In this document: piece by piece, positions 37,861 through 50,779 of the stretch
Position numbering within the stretch: the stretch's first letter is position 1
Layout of the letters: the number at the start of each line of letters is the position of its first letter
Source: Octopus sinensis
Lineage: Eukaryota
Assembly: GCF_006345805.1 (NCBI RefSeq)
Contig: NC_043010.1
Location: 11,222,001 to 11,286,000 of the forward strand
Reading direction: 5' to 3'
DNA length: 64,000 bases
The notes under the pieces: generated by a model
What the model was told of the DNA's origin: nothing
Seen by the model: the letters and a program-made list of their open reading frames with translations, nothing else
The model's database searches: none
Program-made: the position numbers and the translations under genes

Positions 37861-38233
37861 TAAGGAGGAGGTGGAGGAGATTGTTGCAGATGTTTTTGAT
37901 CTTGTTAGCTCCAAGTCACCCCTAATTGAATTGGACTATCATAAAATGCATCCCAGCCATGACCATCCTGTCTCTTTCTTTTTTTTTTTTTTTTTACTAA
38001 GGTGTTGCATGCAGATATAGGACTGCATAATCTAATGTATCTCTCTACTTTTTGAAGATGATAAACAAAAAAAAGGTGGGGGTTACTTGAGGGCAGATTG
38101 GATACTACAACTAGCATTTTCAGAAGCCATGAAATGGCTCTGTATGAATGGTTGGTGGTTTTAACTATTAACAGTCTTTATTAGTGAGCTTTGTCTTAAG
38201 CTGAATGGGGATGAAAGATGATGACAGACATTA

Positions 38234-38266
<33 letters not shown>

Positions 38267-38649
38267 CACACAAACATATATACACATGCACACACACACA
38301 CACAAACATATACACACACGTACATAAACATACACACACGCATAGGCATCCCTTGACACTGAACTGACGACTAATATGAGGTCGGAGCATGCTTGCTTCC
38401 TTTTATGTTGTGTTTATGTTTTCCCATAAATTTTGTTGTTGATTATCTGTGCTACCGTTCCCATTCATAAGGCCACATGTGTGTGTATGTCTGTGTGCCA
38501 GTGTGTCTATGTGTGCACTTGCATGTGAATATATGAGCGCGCATATGTGCATGTGTGTGCACAGACATACACACACACACATACACATACACACATGCAC
38601 ACATATTCATAATACAAACAAACACTAGCACACATATAGTTATTATTTT

Positions 38650-38830
38650 AAGGTGGTGAGCTGGCAGAATCATAAGCACACCAGACAAAATGCTGCTGAG
38701 CATTATGTTCCGAGTTCAAATCCCGCTGAGGTCGACTTTGCCTTTCATCCTTTTGGGGGTCAATAAACTAAGTTCCACTCGAGTACTGAGGTCAATGTAA
38801 TCAACCAAAATTCCAGGATTTGTACATGTA
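38650..38830 (+). mobile_element. SINE family B, diverged
   Basis: ggtggtgagctggcagaatc...gagttcaaatccc...gaggtcgactttgcctttcatcc. Confidence 0.75.
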
Positions 38831-38892
38831 GTAGAAAGAATTACTTCTTGCCTTTTAAGATTGGTAGGACATTGCTATGTTGAGAGTGTATA

Positions 38893-39238
38893 TTAAAAAA
38901 CAATACATATTTCTTTATTACAGACAAGGGGCTAAACATAGAAGGGACAAACAAGGACAGACATAGGTATTAAGTCGATTACATTGACCCCAGTGGGTAA
39001 CTGGTACTTAATTTATCGACCCTGGAATTTGAACTCACAACGTAACGGCAGACGAAAATTAAAAAACAATACATATTTCTTTATTACCCAGAAGGGGCTA
39101 AACATAGAAGGGACAAACAAGGACAGACATAGGTATTAAGTCGATTACATTGACCCCAGTGTGTAACTGGTACTTAATTTATCGACCCTGGAATTTGAAC
39201 TCACAACGTAACGGCAAACGAAAATTAAAAAAACAATA
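38893..39238 (-). repeat. Two 166-bp tandem copies of an internally deleted SINE B plus flank
   Basis: Unit start ttaaaaaacaatac at 38893, 39059 and 39225. Confidence 0.85.
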
Positions 39239-39689
39239 CAGATTTGTAATACAAACACAAGTCCTAACATTAAGTGAGACCAGTAAAATCAATATCAATA
39301 TTGATCTCGCTTCATCACTGATACATGTTCATTGAATTTGGTTTATTATTGGTACTTGTTTTTATCAACCCCCTTGTAGCTCCTCTACAGTATGAAACTT
39401 CTTCTGTTCTGGACTCTTCTCCCATTCTCTTATCCATTTTTCGCCACCCCACGTCTCCTAGCATAAATTTGACCCCTTGGGGTTTTGTATTCATGCAAAC
39501 TGCAAGATGGACATACTAGTGTTGGAGGTATGAGAACAAAAATCCCTGAGTAAACGCTATATTCTGCAGAAAGCAGTGATATTGGATTTCCATGCAGTTC
39601 TTGTTCTTGTTGGATTCTATCAAACTATTCAACCCATGTCAGCATGAAACATGGACATTAAATGATAATGGTGATTAGGGAAAGGGTGT

Positions 39690-40200
39690 AGTGGTGGCGC
39701 CGGCGCCGGCGGTGGTGGCAGTAGTGGCGGTGGTGGTGGTGGTAGCGGTGGCAGTGATGGTGGTGGTGGCAGTGGTGGTGGTGGCAGTGGTGGTGGTGGC
39801 AGGGATCGTGGTGGTGGTGGTGGCAGTGATGGAAGTGGTGGTGATGGTGGCAGTAGTGGCAGTGGTGGCAGTGGCAGCGGTGGTAGTGGTGGTGGTGACA
39901 GTGGTGGTGGGTGCAGTGGTAGTGGTGGCAGGGATCGTGGTGGTGGTGGTGGTGGTGGTGGCAGTGGTGGTAGTGGCAGTGGTTGTGGTGGCAGGGATCG
40001 TGGTGGTGGTGGTGGTGGTGGTGGTGGTGGCAGTGATGGTGGTGGTGGCAGTGGTGGTAGTGGCAGTGGTAGTGGTGGCAGGGATCGTGGTGGTGGTGGC
40101 AGTGGTGGTGGCAGGGATGGTGGTAGTGGTGGTAGCAGTGATGGAGGTGGTGGTGATGGTGGTAATGGTGGTGGTGGTGGTGGTGGTGGCAGCAACGACA
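39690..40200. repeat. (GGT/GGC/AGT)n degenerate triplet repeat with a recurring cagggatcgtggtggt unit
   Basis: Direct reading; explains the stop-free Pro/Thr/Val ORFs. Confidence 0.9.
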
Positions 40201-40544
40201 GCGATGACAACAACAACGTCAAAAATGATGACGAGGAGGAAAAGGAAAAATTGATCTTCATGAGATTCACAATTCAGAACAAACTTAGGCTTAGTCTGGC
40301 TAAATACCATAGAGTTCTTCTGCCTGTCACTGGACCAATATTCTGCAGTGAATCAAAAAAATTAATGTTGAAAGTTATTTGGAAGTAATTTGAGGAAGAT
40401 CTCTTATGAATATATCTAACAAACCCCAACTATATTTGACATGTATTGTCATGTAGTTAACGAGATATATTGGATTTTATCTCAGCTTGCATATAGATGA
40501 AAAAACATCTTTTTCTTTATATCTCCCATCTTTAATCTTTTATC

Positions 40545-40830
40545 CATTTCAGCATTAGACTGCGACCATGTGGGGTACTACTTTGAAGAGTTTTTAGTCA
40601 TATAAATCAACAGTAGTACTTCCTTTTTTTTTTTTTTTTTTAAATTCCGGCAACTGTTCTATCAGATATTTTTTGCCAAGTTACTAAGTTACTGTGATGT
40701 AAAAAGACCAACACAGGTTGTCAAGTGCTGGTGGGGGAACAAACATACAGAGAGACACACACATAGATATATATATGTATATACATACATACATACATAC
40801 ATACACACATGCATATATATATACGGGATG
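40545..40830 (-). mobile_element. SINE family A 3' half, strongly diverged
   Basis: gactgcgaccatgtgggg...ggttgtcaagtgctggtgggggaacaaac. Confidence 0.55.
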
Positions 40831-40854
40831 GTTGTCAACTTTGTTCTATGGTAA

Positions 40855-41055
40855 AAAGAGGTAATTTCTACTTTCCTCCTCTGGAAGCCATTTACTCGCA
40901 ATGCCAGAGGGCACACACGCTCCTACTCTGATGTAATCTCCAGGGATACAGGCATCCAGCAACAGGACCTCCGTAATGCCATGATGGACCGTGAAGTCTG
41001 GCGTAGCATGGTAAATTCCATTGTCTCAACCACGGTCGAACAATGATGATGATGA
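40855..41055 (+). mobile_element. 3' end of an RTE-clade LINE with (TGA)n tail
   Basis: Open frame KEVISTFLLWKP...SYSDVISRDTG...DLRNAMMDREVWRSMV...* (stop 41044-41046) running straight into a GAT repeat; DR..WR..V is the RTE C-terminal signature. Confidence 0.8.
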
Positions 41056-41626
41056 TATATATATGCATGCATGTATGTATATGTATATGTTTATAGGAAT
41101 TCCTTCAAAGGGATGTGTGAAGCATCCAATTCACTGGTACATCAGTTGAATATCACATAGATATGGGTATAATGTAAATTACAAAGATAAAATTAAATAG
41201 AGAGATACAATTGACAATCCAACAATTTATTTATATTATAATATAATATAATATACTATGAATATGATATAATATGATATAAGATAACATTAAAAATTCA
41301 TTAAAAGACTAAAATAGCTAACAATTTTTTTTACTTATTTACATTTTTTGCTATGTAGACAATTCAATTTACTTATATAAGTCTCATCAGAGCTAAGGTT
41401 TAAAGATGGATGAAATTCCCTGTGAAAGGACAGCATTTGTTAATAATTATTTTATGTTATCTTATATTATATTACATTCATAGTATATTATGTTATATCA
41501 TAACATAAATAAATTATTGGATTGAAAATTCTCTCTCTCTATTTGATTTATTGTTTATATATATACATATTTTGAAAGTGTTCTTTATGTTATTTAAAAA
41601 TGGTAGGATTTTATTTAAGAGAGATA

Positions 41627-42139
41627 TCTATATATATAAAACTGTAGTTGTGTGAGTGTCTGTCCCCTTCGATTTAGATTCCTAACTACTCCCACATTTT
41701 GGGGTGCAGTTTAACCAAATTCAGGTATCTTATAGTCGTGATTCATATCGAGCCTGTCTGGGTATTAGCGCATGTCTACGATGAGTCTACGATTTTAAAA
41801 ATAATTTAACATCATTTTTTATTCCATTTTAATGCATATTTTTTCGTGTGTCGATGGCGGCGGAGTTGGCGTCCATGGTCACACCTGCACCTGTTTGCTT
41901 CTCCCCCTTCTTCCCTCCCTCGTGAAGCTGTGGGGAAGGGAGTGTAGGGAAATCAACGTCGTAAAGCGTTGTCAAGGAGACCAGCGTTCTTTTAGAACAA
42001 CGACTTCATGGCTTGAAGACACCAAAACAGAAATGGCTAAGAAAGCCCGAATTGGCATCTATAAGGGAAGTAACTCTCTAAAAATGCTTATATAGTTATT
42101 TCCCTTACAAACCCGAGCAATGCCGGGCGATACTGCTAG
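41627..42139 (+). mobile_element. Non-autonomous Helitron (513 bp)
   Basis: A|TC start, CCCGAGCAATGCCGGG hairpin, CTAG|T end. Confidence 0.88.
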
Positions 42140-42812
42140 TTGGCATATAAACAGTAAACTGTACTTCATTATAGTACTTGCTAAAAAAACAAAGTTGTCA
42201 CTTAATGAAAGGATGAAGAACAACTGTGGCCATTGGACCTACAAAAATAAGATTCAGCCAATTCATCAGGATCCATGACTATCCAAAGGGTTCCCCCCCC
42301 CCTTAGTAAATAAATAAATACACAAACAATTAAATAGACGGATAAAATCCTCAAGCTTCTTTGAATTCTGTAAGGATCTGCCCTTGAAAGCTTTCAGGTT
42401 CCATCTTGCAAAAATTTTATCTTTAAGGCACCAAGTGTCATGCAACTTTGCAAGGCCTCTTATACTGAGGGTAGGTGAAGACGTTTGGCCTCATGGTTCA
42501 AATCCTTGCAATGAGTGACATAAAACTGAACAATATATTATCTCAATTGGCTAAATAACTGGAAAAGAACCACAAAGTTAGGTTACAAACTGTTAAACTA
42601 CCAGATAAATATATTTATATATTTATCTATATATGACCACATATATATATAAATATACGACCTCGAACCCACAAGTGTAAACAAGAGAGACAGAGAAAGG
42701 CAGAAACAAGGAAAAGGTCACTTATATTTGAACACTATACAAATATTCTTTTATAAAAACTTTACTTTTATAAAAACTTTTCTTTTAATTTTTCTAAATT
42801 TAATTATTTAAG

Positions 42813-42860
42813 CGTTACAGTTGAAAAGGTCTCAAAATGACTGAAACCGGTACTGAAATG
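42813..42860 (+). ncRNA. Degenerate minimal type I hammerhead ribozyme relic (Penelope-type)
   Basis: cgttacag-TTGAAAA-GGTC tcaaaat GACT-GAAA-CCGG-TA-ctgaaatg: helix I 7 of 8 pairs, helix II 4 bp, palindromic ACCGGT helix III, GUA cleavage triplet; core CUGANGA has two substitutions. Confidence 0.5.
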
Positions 42861-42961
42861 TTCTTTATAAAATTATTTTAGCATTTTCTATCTTGACTTG
42901 TTTTTTCATATATATCAACTCGTGTGTTCCTTTTCATCCTTATACATATAAATATATATAT

Positions 42962-43266
42962 ATATAAGTAGTTGAATGAATTATCCTAGAATGGATAATT
43001 CGGTTAACCGATACCCGGGTAGCAAATTCACGTCAGAAAACACGGTTGAAGCTACATGCCAAGGGCAGAGATCATGTGCTTTCGTGTGGAAATTTGTGTG
43101 TTTTTTTTACTATAAATAAATGAAAGAATGGAGTTGAACGACGATTTAACAAAATTCCTTTATTCTCGACATATGTTTCGAAGACTGCGCAGCCTTTGAA
43201 ACATATGTCGAGAATAAAGGAATTTTGTTAAATCGTCGTTCAACTCCATTCTTTCATTTATTTATA
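42962..43266 (-). mobile_element. Penelope-like pLTR copy ending in a 156-bp palindrome
   Basis: Reverse copy of 5439-5655; 78-bp arms 43111-43188 and 43189-43266 with 2 mismatches and no loop. Confidence 0.6.
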
Positions 43267-43304
43267 TATATATATATATAGTATGATGATGATGATGATG
43301 ATGA

Positions 43305-43553
43305 TGAGTACCACCTGACTAGCACGTAAAAAGCACCATTTAAGCGATATCAATGCCAGTGCCACTTGACTGGCCCCTGTGCCAGTAGCACATAAAAAGC
43401 AGCCACTACACTCTCAGGGGAGTTGGCATATGGAAAAGCATCCAGCTGTAGAAACCTTGCTATGTCAGATTGGTGCAGCCTCCTGGATTGCCAGTCTTCT
43501 GCCAAACCATTCAACCCATGCAAGCATGGAAAGTGGACATTAAATGATGATGA
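43305..43553 (+). mobile_element. SINE-like family C with (GAT)n tail
   Basis: Homologous to 31087-31358; ends catgcaagcatggaaagtggacattaaatgatgatgat. Confidence 0.65.
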
Positions 43554-43705
43554 TGTGTGTGTCTGTACACCAGAATAAGCACATAAGTGTAAAAGAAGAT
43601 GGGAAAAAAATTCTACTCGAATATGCTTTATTATTAAAGCTGCAAAAACATCACAAAAAAGTGCTACTCAGAGTTTCACATTCCCATTCGTCAGACAGTT
43701 GATTC

Positions 43706-43744
<39 letters not shown>

Positions 43745-44361
43745 AATTGAGATAGGGGTTGTAAATGCAACCCTCTATGGGCTAACATATATCCAATATA
43801 CTGCTAGTGAAGTACCCAACAAAGTTAATACATAAATGTTAATGATTGTGATGATATTTGATTTAGATGTATTTCTCCATTTTCTTATCTTGTATATATC
43901 TCTTATTATAAAAGGCAGATTTTATCTGCCTCCCTTTGGGAGTTATACAAATCTACAATATAGGATTTCTTCAATTACAATTTACCTAGCAGTTTTGAGA
44001 GTACAATGCATCGCGTCATGCCAGGTCCAGTTTTTAAAATTTAAACTCCAATTAAGCAAAATTTACAGAAAACTCACATTCTGGTGTGTGTGTCAAATGC
44101 TTTTCTTAGTCTGGTTTACACCACACGCAAACGCACACACACAGTGGGCAACGAATAAAATGAAAGTAAATAGCGACACAGTGATTTGAGGAAGACTAAA
44201 GTGAAAGTATTCTGTCCATGACGCTGATAGATACATGAGTAAAATGTATGGGAAGCTAAGAGCTAAGAGTGAGTGAAAATGTTCTTGGAAGAGAGTAATT
44301 AGTAATAAAGTAAACATACACTCATACATACATACATACATACATACATACATACATACAT

Positions 44362-44392
<31 letters not shown>

Positions 44393-44659
44393 TACACACA
44401 CCCACATACATACATACACACATACATACATACATACATATACATACATACATACATATACATACATACATACATACACACACACACATACACACACACA
44501 CAGTATTGAAGCTTGAGAACAATCAGATACATTTGCAACACATCTGTTGAAAATATTATTGTTCACACACATACATATACATATATACATACAGACAGAT
44601 AGACACACACACACATGATCCAGCATGGCCACAACCTCAAGGCTGAAACATATAAAAGA

Positions 44660-45035
44660 ATAACAGAATATAAATGTGTGCAAAGTACAAGAAATATTAA
44701 TGCAGTATATGGGGATTGGACAATAAGCGTAAGGCAGTGTCAATGGTGGTTCCAGAAATCCCGAGCCATAAACTACAGCCTAGAAGACGAGCCTCATCCT
44801 GAAAGATCTGTAGAACTCGACAAGGACATCCTGAAAACCCTGGTGGAACAAAATATCATCGTAACTGTTGAGGAACTAGCAGAGAAGCTTGGATTTGGTC
44901 ATTCAACCATTCATTGATACCTGTGTGCTATCGGAAAAGACAGCAAATTGGGTCAATGGGTTCCTCACGAACTTTCCGAGTCTAATTGCATGCAGAGAGT
45001 GAATGTATGCTTTTCTTGCTGTCATATCTCACCAC
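44660..45035 (+). pseudogene. mariner transposase N-terminal relic (second family), cut off next to a Helitron
   Basis: STRNINAVYG...ISVRQCQWWFQK...LEDEP...VEELAEKLGFGHSTIH*YLCAIGKDSKLGQWVPHEL; WVPHEL at 44957-44974 in frame; the stop is a probable CGA>TGA change. Confidence 0.9.
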
Positions 45036-45051
45036 TACTGCGCTATGTATA

Positions 45052-45676
45052 TCTATATATATAAAACTGTAGTTGTGTGAGTGTCTGTCCCCTTCGATTT
45101 AGATTCCTAACTACTCCCACATTTTGCGGTACAGTTTAACCAAATTTGGGTAGCTTATAGTCGTGATTCATATCGAGCCCGTCTGAATATTAGCGCGCGT
45201 CTACGATGAGTCTACGATTTTAAAAATAATTTAACATCATTTTTTATTCCATTTTAATGCATAAATTTTCGTGTGTCGATGGCGGCGGAATTGGCGTCCA
45301 CGCTCACACCTGCACCTGTGGGGAAGGGAGTGTAAGGAAATCAACGTCGTAATGCGTTGTCAAGGAGACCAGTGTTCTTTTAGAACAACGACTTCATGGC
45401 TTGAAGACACCAAAACAGAAATGGCTAAGAAAGCGTCTACATGAGTCTACGATTTAAAAAAAAATTTACCATCGTTTTTTTTCCATTTTAATGCATTTTT
45501 TCGCTATTATATAAGGGAGTAACTCTCTAAAAATGTCTACGATGAGTCAACGATTTAAAAAAAAATTTACCATCATATTTTTTCCATTTTTTGCTATTTT
45601 TTGGCTATAACTCTCTAAAAATGCTTATATAGTTATTTCCCTTACAAACCCGAGCAACGCCGGGCGATACTGCTAG
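45052..45676 (+). mobile_element. Non-autonomous Helitron (625 bp)
   Basis: A|TC start, CCCGAGCAACGCCGGG hairpin, CTAG|T end. Confidence 0.88.
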
Positions 45677-45714
45677 TATATATATATACACGAACGTACA
45701 GACACACACATGCT

Positions 45715-45757
<43 letters not shown>

Positions 45758-46269
45758 CATCATCATCATCATCATTTAATGTCCATTTTTCGATGCAGGT
45801 ATGAGTTGGACTAATACGTGCATGTGTGTGTGCATGTATGTATATATGTATGTATATATGTAAACAAACACACACACATATATATATACATACATATTTG
45901 TGTGTATCTGTGTGTGCTTGTCTTCATATATATGTATGTGTATACACACCCACTTGCACCCCCCACACATACATTTGAAGCACCCACACACACACACATA
46001 CACACACAAGCACATGCACAACAAGTTAGGTAGATATTCATATATAAATTCAGAAATATATACATGCAACATATACACTTAGATCGAAAATATGCTTATA
46101 TCGACTCTTACAAAAATGAAGTTGCTCTTTCACACATACACACTTAAGAGTCTCCCATACAATCGGAAAAAGCATGTCTGTACAGTTCGCAGAACATGCT
46201 GATGTGCTCACACATACACAATCATGCACACAACACACACACACACACACATACGCACACACACACAGA

Positions 46270-46990
46270 CACACATACTCACACACACATGCACACATAC
46301 ACACACACACAAGCATGCACATACAGATAAACGCATACATGCATGCATACCCATTCACAAGTATTCATATGCACACGTATGCAATCATACGCACACTCAC
46401 GCATACACACATTTTCACATACACACACACACACGCACTTATACACACTCACACACACACACATGCACACATACACACACACACACACAAGCATACACAT
46501 ACAGATAAACGCATACATACATGCATACCCATTCACAAGTATTCATATGCACGCGTATGCAATCATACACACACTCACGCATACACACATTTTCACATAC
46601 ACACACACGCACTTATACAGACTCACACACACACACATGCACACATACACACACACACACACAAGCATACACATACAGATAAACGCATACATACATGCAT
46701 ACCCATTCACAAGTATTCATATGCACGCGTATGCAATCATACGCACACTCACGCATACACACATTTTCACATACACACACACACACGCACTTATACACAC
46801 TCACACACACACACATGCACACATACACACACATACACAAGCATACACATACAGATAAACGCATACATACATGCATGCCCATTCACAAGTATTCATATGC
46901 ATGCGTATGCAATTATACACACACTCACATTTTCATACACACATTTTCACACACTCACACACACACACAAACACATACACACACACTCAC
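46270..46990. repeat. About 176-bp tandem repeat (4 units) built on a (CA)n background
   Basis: Landmark cagataaacgcata at 46324, 46502, 46676 and 46852. Confidence 0.85.
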
Positions 46991-47103
46991 ACATGCACAC
47001 ACATGCACAACAGTTATATTCAGCAGTCGTATATTTGACCGATTCTGCTGTTCAAATGGACACGACACACTCGTATATGAAATATGACATTCCCAGCTAG
47101 AAG

Positions 47104-47147
<44 letters not shown>

Positions 47148-47305
47148 TACTCTCTCACTTTCTTTGTCTCTCACACTCTCCATTGCTCGCTCTCTCCTTT
47201 TCTCCACACTCACATACTGTCTTCCAAACACACATATACGCATGCTCTATCTTTCACTGTTTCATTCTCACTCGCAAACAAATACACTCCCTCTCTTCCT
47301 CTCTC

Positions 47306-47340
<35 letters not shown>

Positions 47341-47680
47341 CTCTTCCAACACACTCTCATAAGCATACACGCATGCACACACACACACACATTCTCTCAT
47401 ACCTTCACTTACTCTTTCTTTCTCTTACGCTTTCTCTCTCGTTCTTGACTCTCTCACACACCACATGTACACATGCTAACAGATACACACCTTTTAATTC
47501 TCTCTCGTTTACATACACACAAATGCACAAACACACACACACACACAGAATTCTTTGTGTTCTTCAGTTCATTTTAGCCATCACAGCCTGATTGATGCTG
47601 GAACACCACCTTTAGCATCACACATTTACCTCTCTCCTCATCCTTGCACATCTGTTCCACACATGCACATGTACACACAC

Positions 47681-47719
<39 letters not shown>

Positions 47720-48894
47720 ATTTACAGCCACATACAGGCTGATGTCTCTATCATGCAGTATACGCATACATATAGACCTGCATAGTCACACACAAACGAA
47801 CATCTTTTGTCACACACTTACATACACACATACATACATATATACATACAGATACACATGCACACATAAACACAAAACTGAATAACTAAATTGACTAACA
47901 CCTCGAGTCAAACCCATATGAAAATATAAATGCACACGCATACATAAACTGGCATATTCACACATTTATGCACTTACGGGATGTACACACATACATACAC
48001 ACACACAAATACGCACCCACACATATATATACACACACATAGATTTACAGTTACATACAGACTGATGCCTCTATCACACGATATACACATATACATAGAC
48101 CTGCATAGTCACACACAGATGAGCAACCTTTTTTCATATGCATATACACATATACACACAGACACATACATGCACACATACATACATACATACAAACATA
48201 AATAGAAACATATACATACATGTGTACACATATACGCAAACCTGTATGATCGTATTGAGTAAAACCATAACTCAAACAGATACGCAAATACACCTGCACA
48301 CACCTGACATACTCAAACAAGCATATTCACATATTTATGTAATTATTACATACACATCCATCCACACACACACACACGTATACATACATACACACATACA
48401 CACACACACACACACACAAACCTACATAGTTGTTGCACACTTTAAGCACCTTTTCCTTGTATGTCCCTTGCAACCCAGAGGGAGTTTCTACATGGTCATC
48501 GACCCTTCAAAAAAATAGCACCTGAACCCCCTTCAAATCATACAACAGCACGTAACAAAAGATCACACCGCATAATGTGACACTGGGTTTAGTGCATATA
48601 GTAAGATAATAAGATGGTCATGGCTGGAATGTCTGTTTTTTTAGCAATAGCAGAAGACAAAACCAACATTTGTCCGACCACACCCAAATAGATATAAACA
48701 CAGACACACTCATACAAATACATGCACACACACATACACATATACATTCAGTAACAACTTTTTGCGAAAAGTAACTTTACAAATATATTTATATATATAT
48801 ATATATATATAATTTATTATATATAAATTAATTTTACTCTGCTATGTATTAAGTACCTTATTTACTGTGGTTAACCCCGAATCAACCCGGGACC

Positions 48895-48933
<39 letters not shown>

Positions 48934-48954
48934 CCTATATACATATATATATGC

Positions 48955-49006
<52 letters not shown>

Positions 49007-49204
49007 ATACATGTATGTGTATGCATATATATATATATATATGTCTACTTTAGCTGGCCAAAACTTTAAAGTCTCTGTCAATACTGTTCTTGTCAAAGAA
49101 TAACAAATTTGAACTCTACCTAATGTATTGAGCAATCCTTCAGTTTAATGTAAAATTGTTTTTATTATAAGAAGAACAATATATACACATACATACATAC
49201 ATAC

Positions 49205-49254
<50 letters not shown>

Positions 49255-49984
49255 ATATGTATGTATGTATGTCTATATGTACGTATATACATATATGTAT
49301 ATATAGTGTTTGTTATATATAGCGTAACAAAAACAAGCACTATCCATACATGTGTATGTATACATGTGTGTATGTGTACATAAATATATGTGCATATGTA
49401 TGCATACACATTTTCGTATGCACACACATATGCACATAAGATAGTTGTAGTTAATTCATTACCATGGCATGTTATTGTTCCATTGAGTCTATATGTCAAT
49501 TATTACACCGACTCTCTAGCATGTCCGTGGTGTGGAGAAGTGTGGCATGACGCAGCGTCAGTGACAGTGGCACAGGGTAGTGGAGCAAGTGTCACACAAT
49601 GAATTATTATTTCACTTTTCAATAAGGAAATGGAAGGGCGTGGGTGGCAATGATACATGGGAAGTGGATGGAGGCAGGAGACTGAAAATTCAGATAAAAG
49701 AGAAGACAACGCCCTCAGGAACCTAGAATATGGCACTACTAATGATTATAATGGTTTTCTTGGTTTGCCACAAGGGCTCTTAATAAATGGCAATACAATG
49801 CAAGGAACATGCCATGAAAGCAAAAGCTATGTGGCAACAAGGAGTATCATTGTGGTTTACTGACACGTTAGTAATAACAGTCAAATCTTCTGCAAATCAT
49901 ACATTGCTAGCATCTTGAGAAAAAGGAAGGATGCATTAAATAATGTGATATACTTCTTCTCATATGTATGTGTGTGTGTACGCA

Positions 49985-50034
<50 letters not shown>

Positions 50035-50086
50035 ATCTATCTATATGTATATGTATATGTATATATATATCTATATCTATATCTAC

Positions 50087-50087
<1 letters not shown>

Positions 50088-50149
<62 letters not shown>

Positions 50150-50150
50150 C

Positions 50151-50245
<95 letters not shown>

Positions 50246-50249
50246 CCTA

Positions 50250-50250
<1 letters not shown>
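50088..50250. repeat. (TATC)n microsatellite
   Basis: Direct reading. Confidence 0.95.
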
Positions 50251-50308
<58 letters not shown>

Positions 50309-50779
50309 ATGTATGTATATATATATGTGTGTGTGTGTGTAAATATGTGTGTGTGTGTATATATATTTACATATATGTATATATTCGCATACGTGCATGC
50401 ATATATATATAAATCTAAATAAATAGATAGACAAACAGACAGACAGACGGTCAGACAGATAGATAGATTGATAGATAGATTGATAGATTATTGCTAATGT
50501 GATGGTTTGGTCCATGCTGGATGTCTTTGATCAGAGACCTATTAGATCAGTTTTGACCTGGAACTAAACAAAAACAACATGTATAGAGCAAAGCAGGGAG
50601 TTACTTCTAACAAAATAATATACAAAATATCATAGTATACAAAAAAATTAGGTATAAAATGATAATTTGAGTAATATTACAAATATGTATATTCTTGCCC
50701 ACACAACAAGAAGAGAGATTATGAGGTTGTTGCCGTTGCTTCTGTTTCTGCTTCTGCTGCTGTTGATCTTGTGGACGAT

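Noticed and set aside
39629-40310. Three long overlapping Pro-, Thr- and Val-rich ORFs (mucin/extensin-like)
   Set aside because: All frames are open only because the DNA is a GGT-type triplet repeat; no splice or domain support.
41365-41400. CTGATGA-GACTTATATAAGT-AAA hammerhead-like motif, minus strand
   Set aside because: Needs a 2-nt insertion to restore GAAA, and helix I does not pair.
41832-42095. 87-aa ORF
   Set aside because: Lies inside a Helitron, and the homologous copy at 45052 has indels that break it.
46174-47100. 308-aa His/Thr-rich ORF
   Set aside because: Translation of the (CA)n-derived 176-bp tandem repeat.
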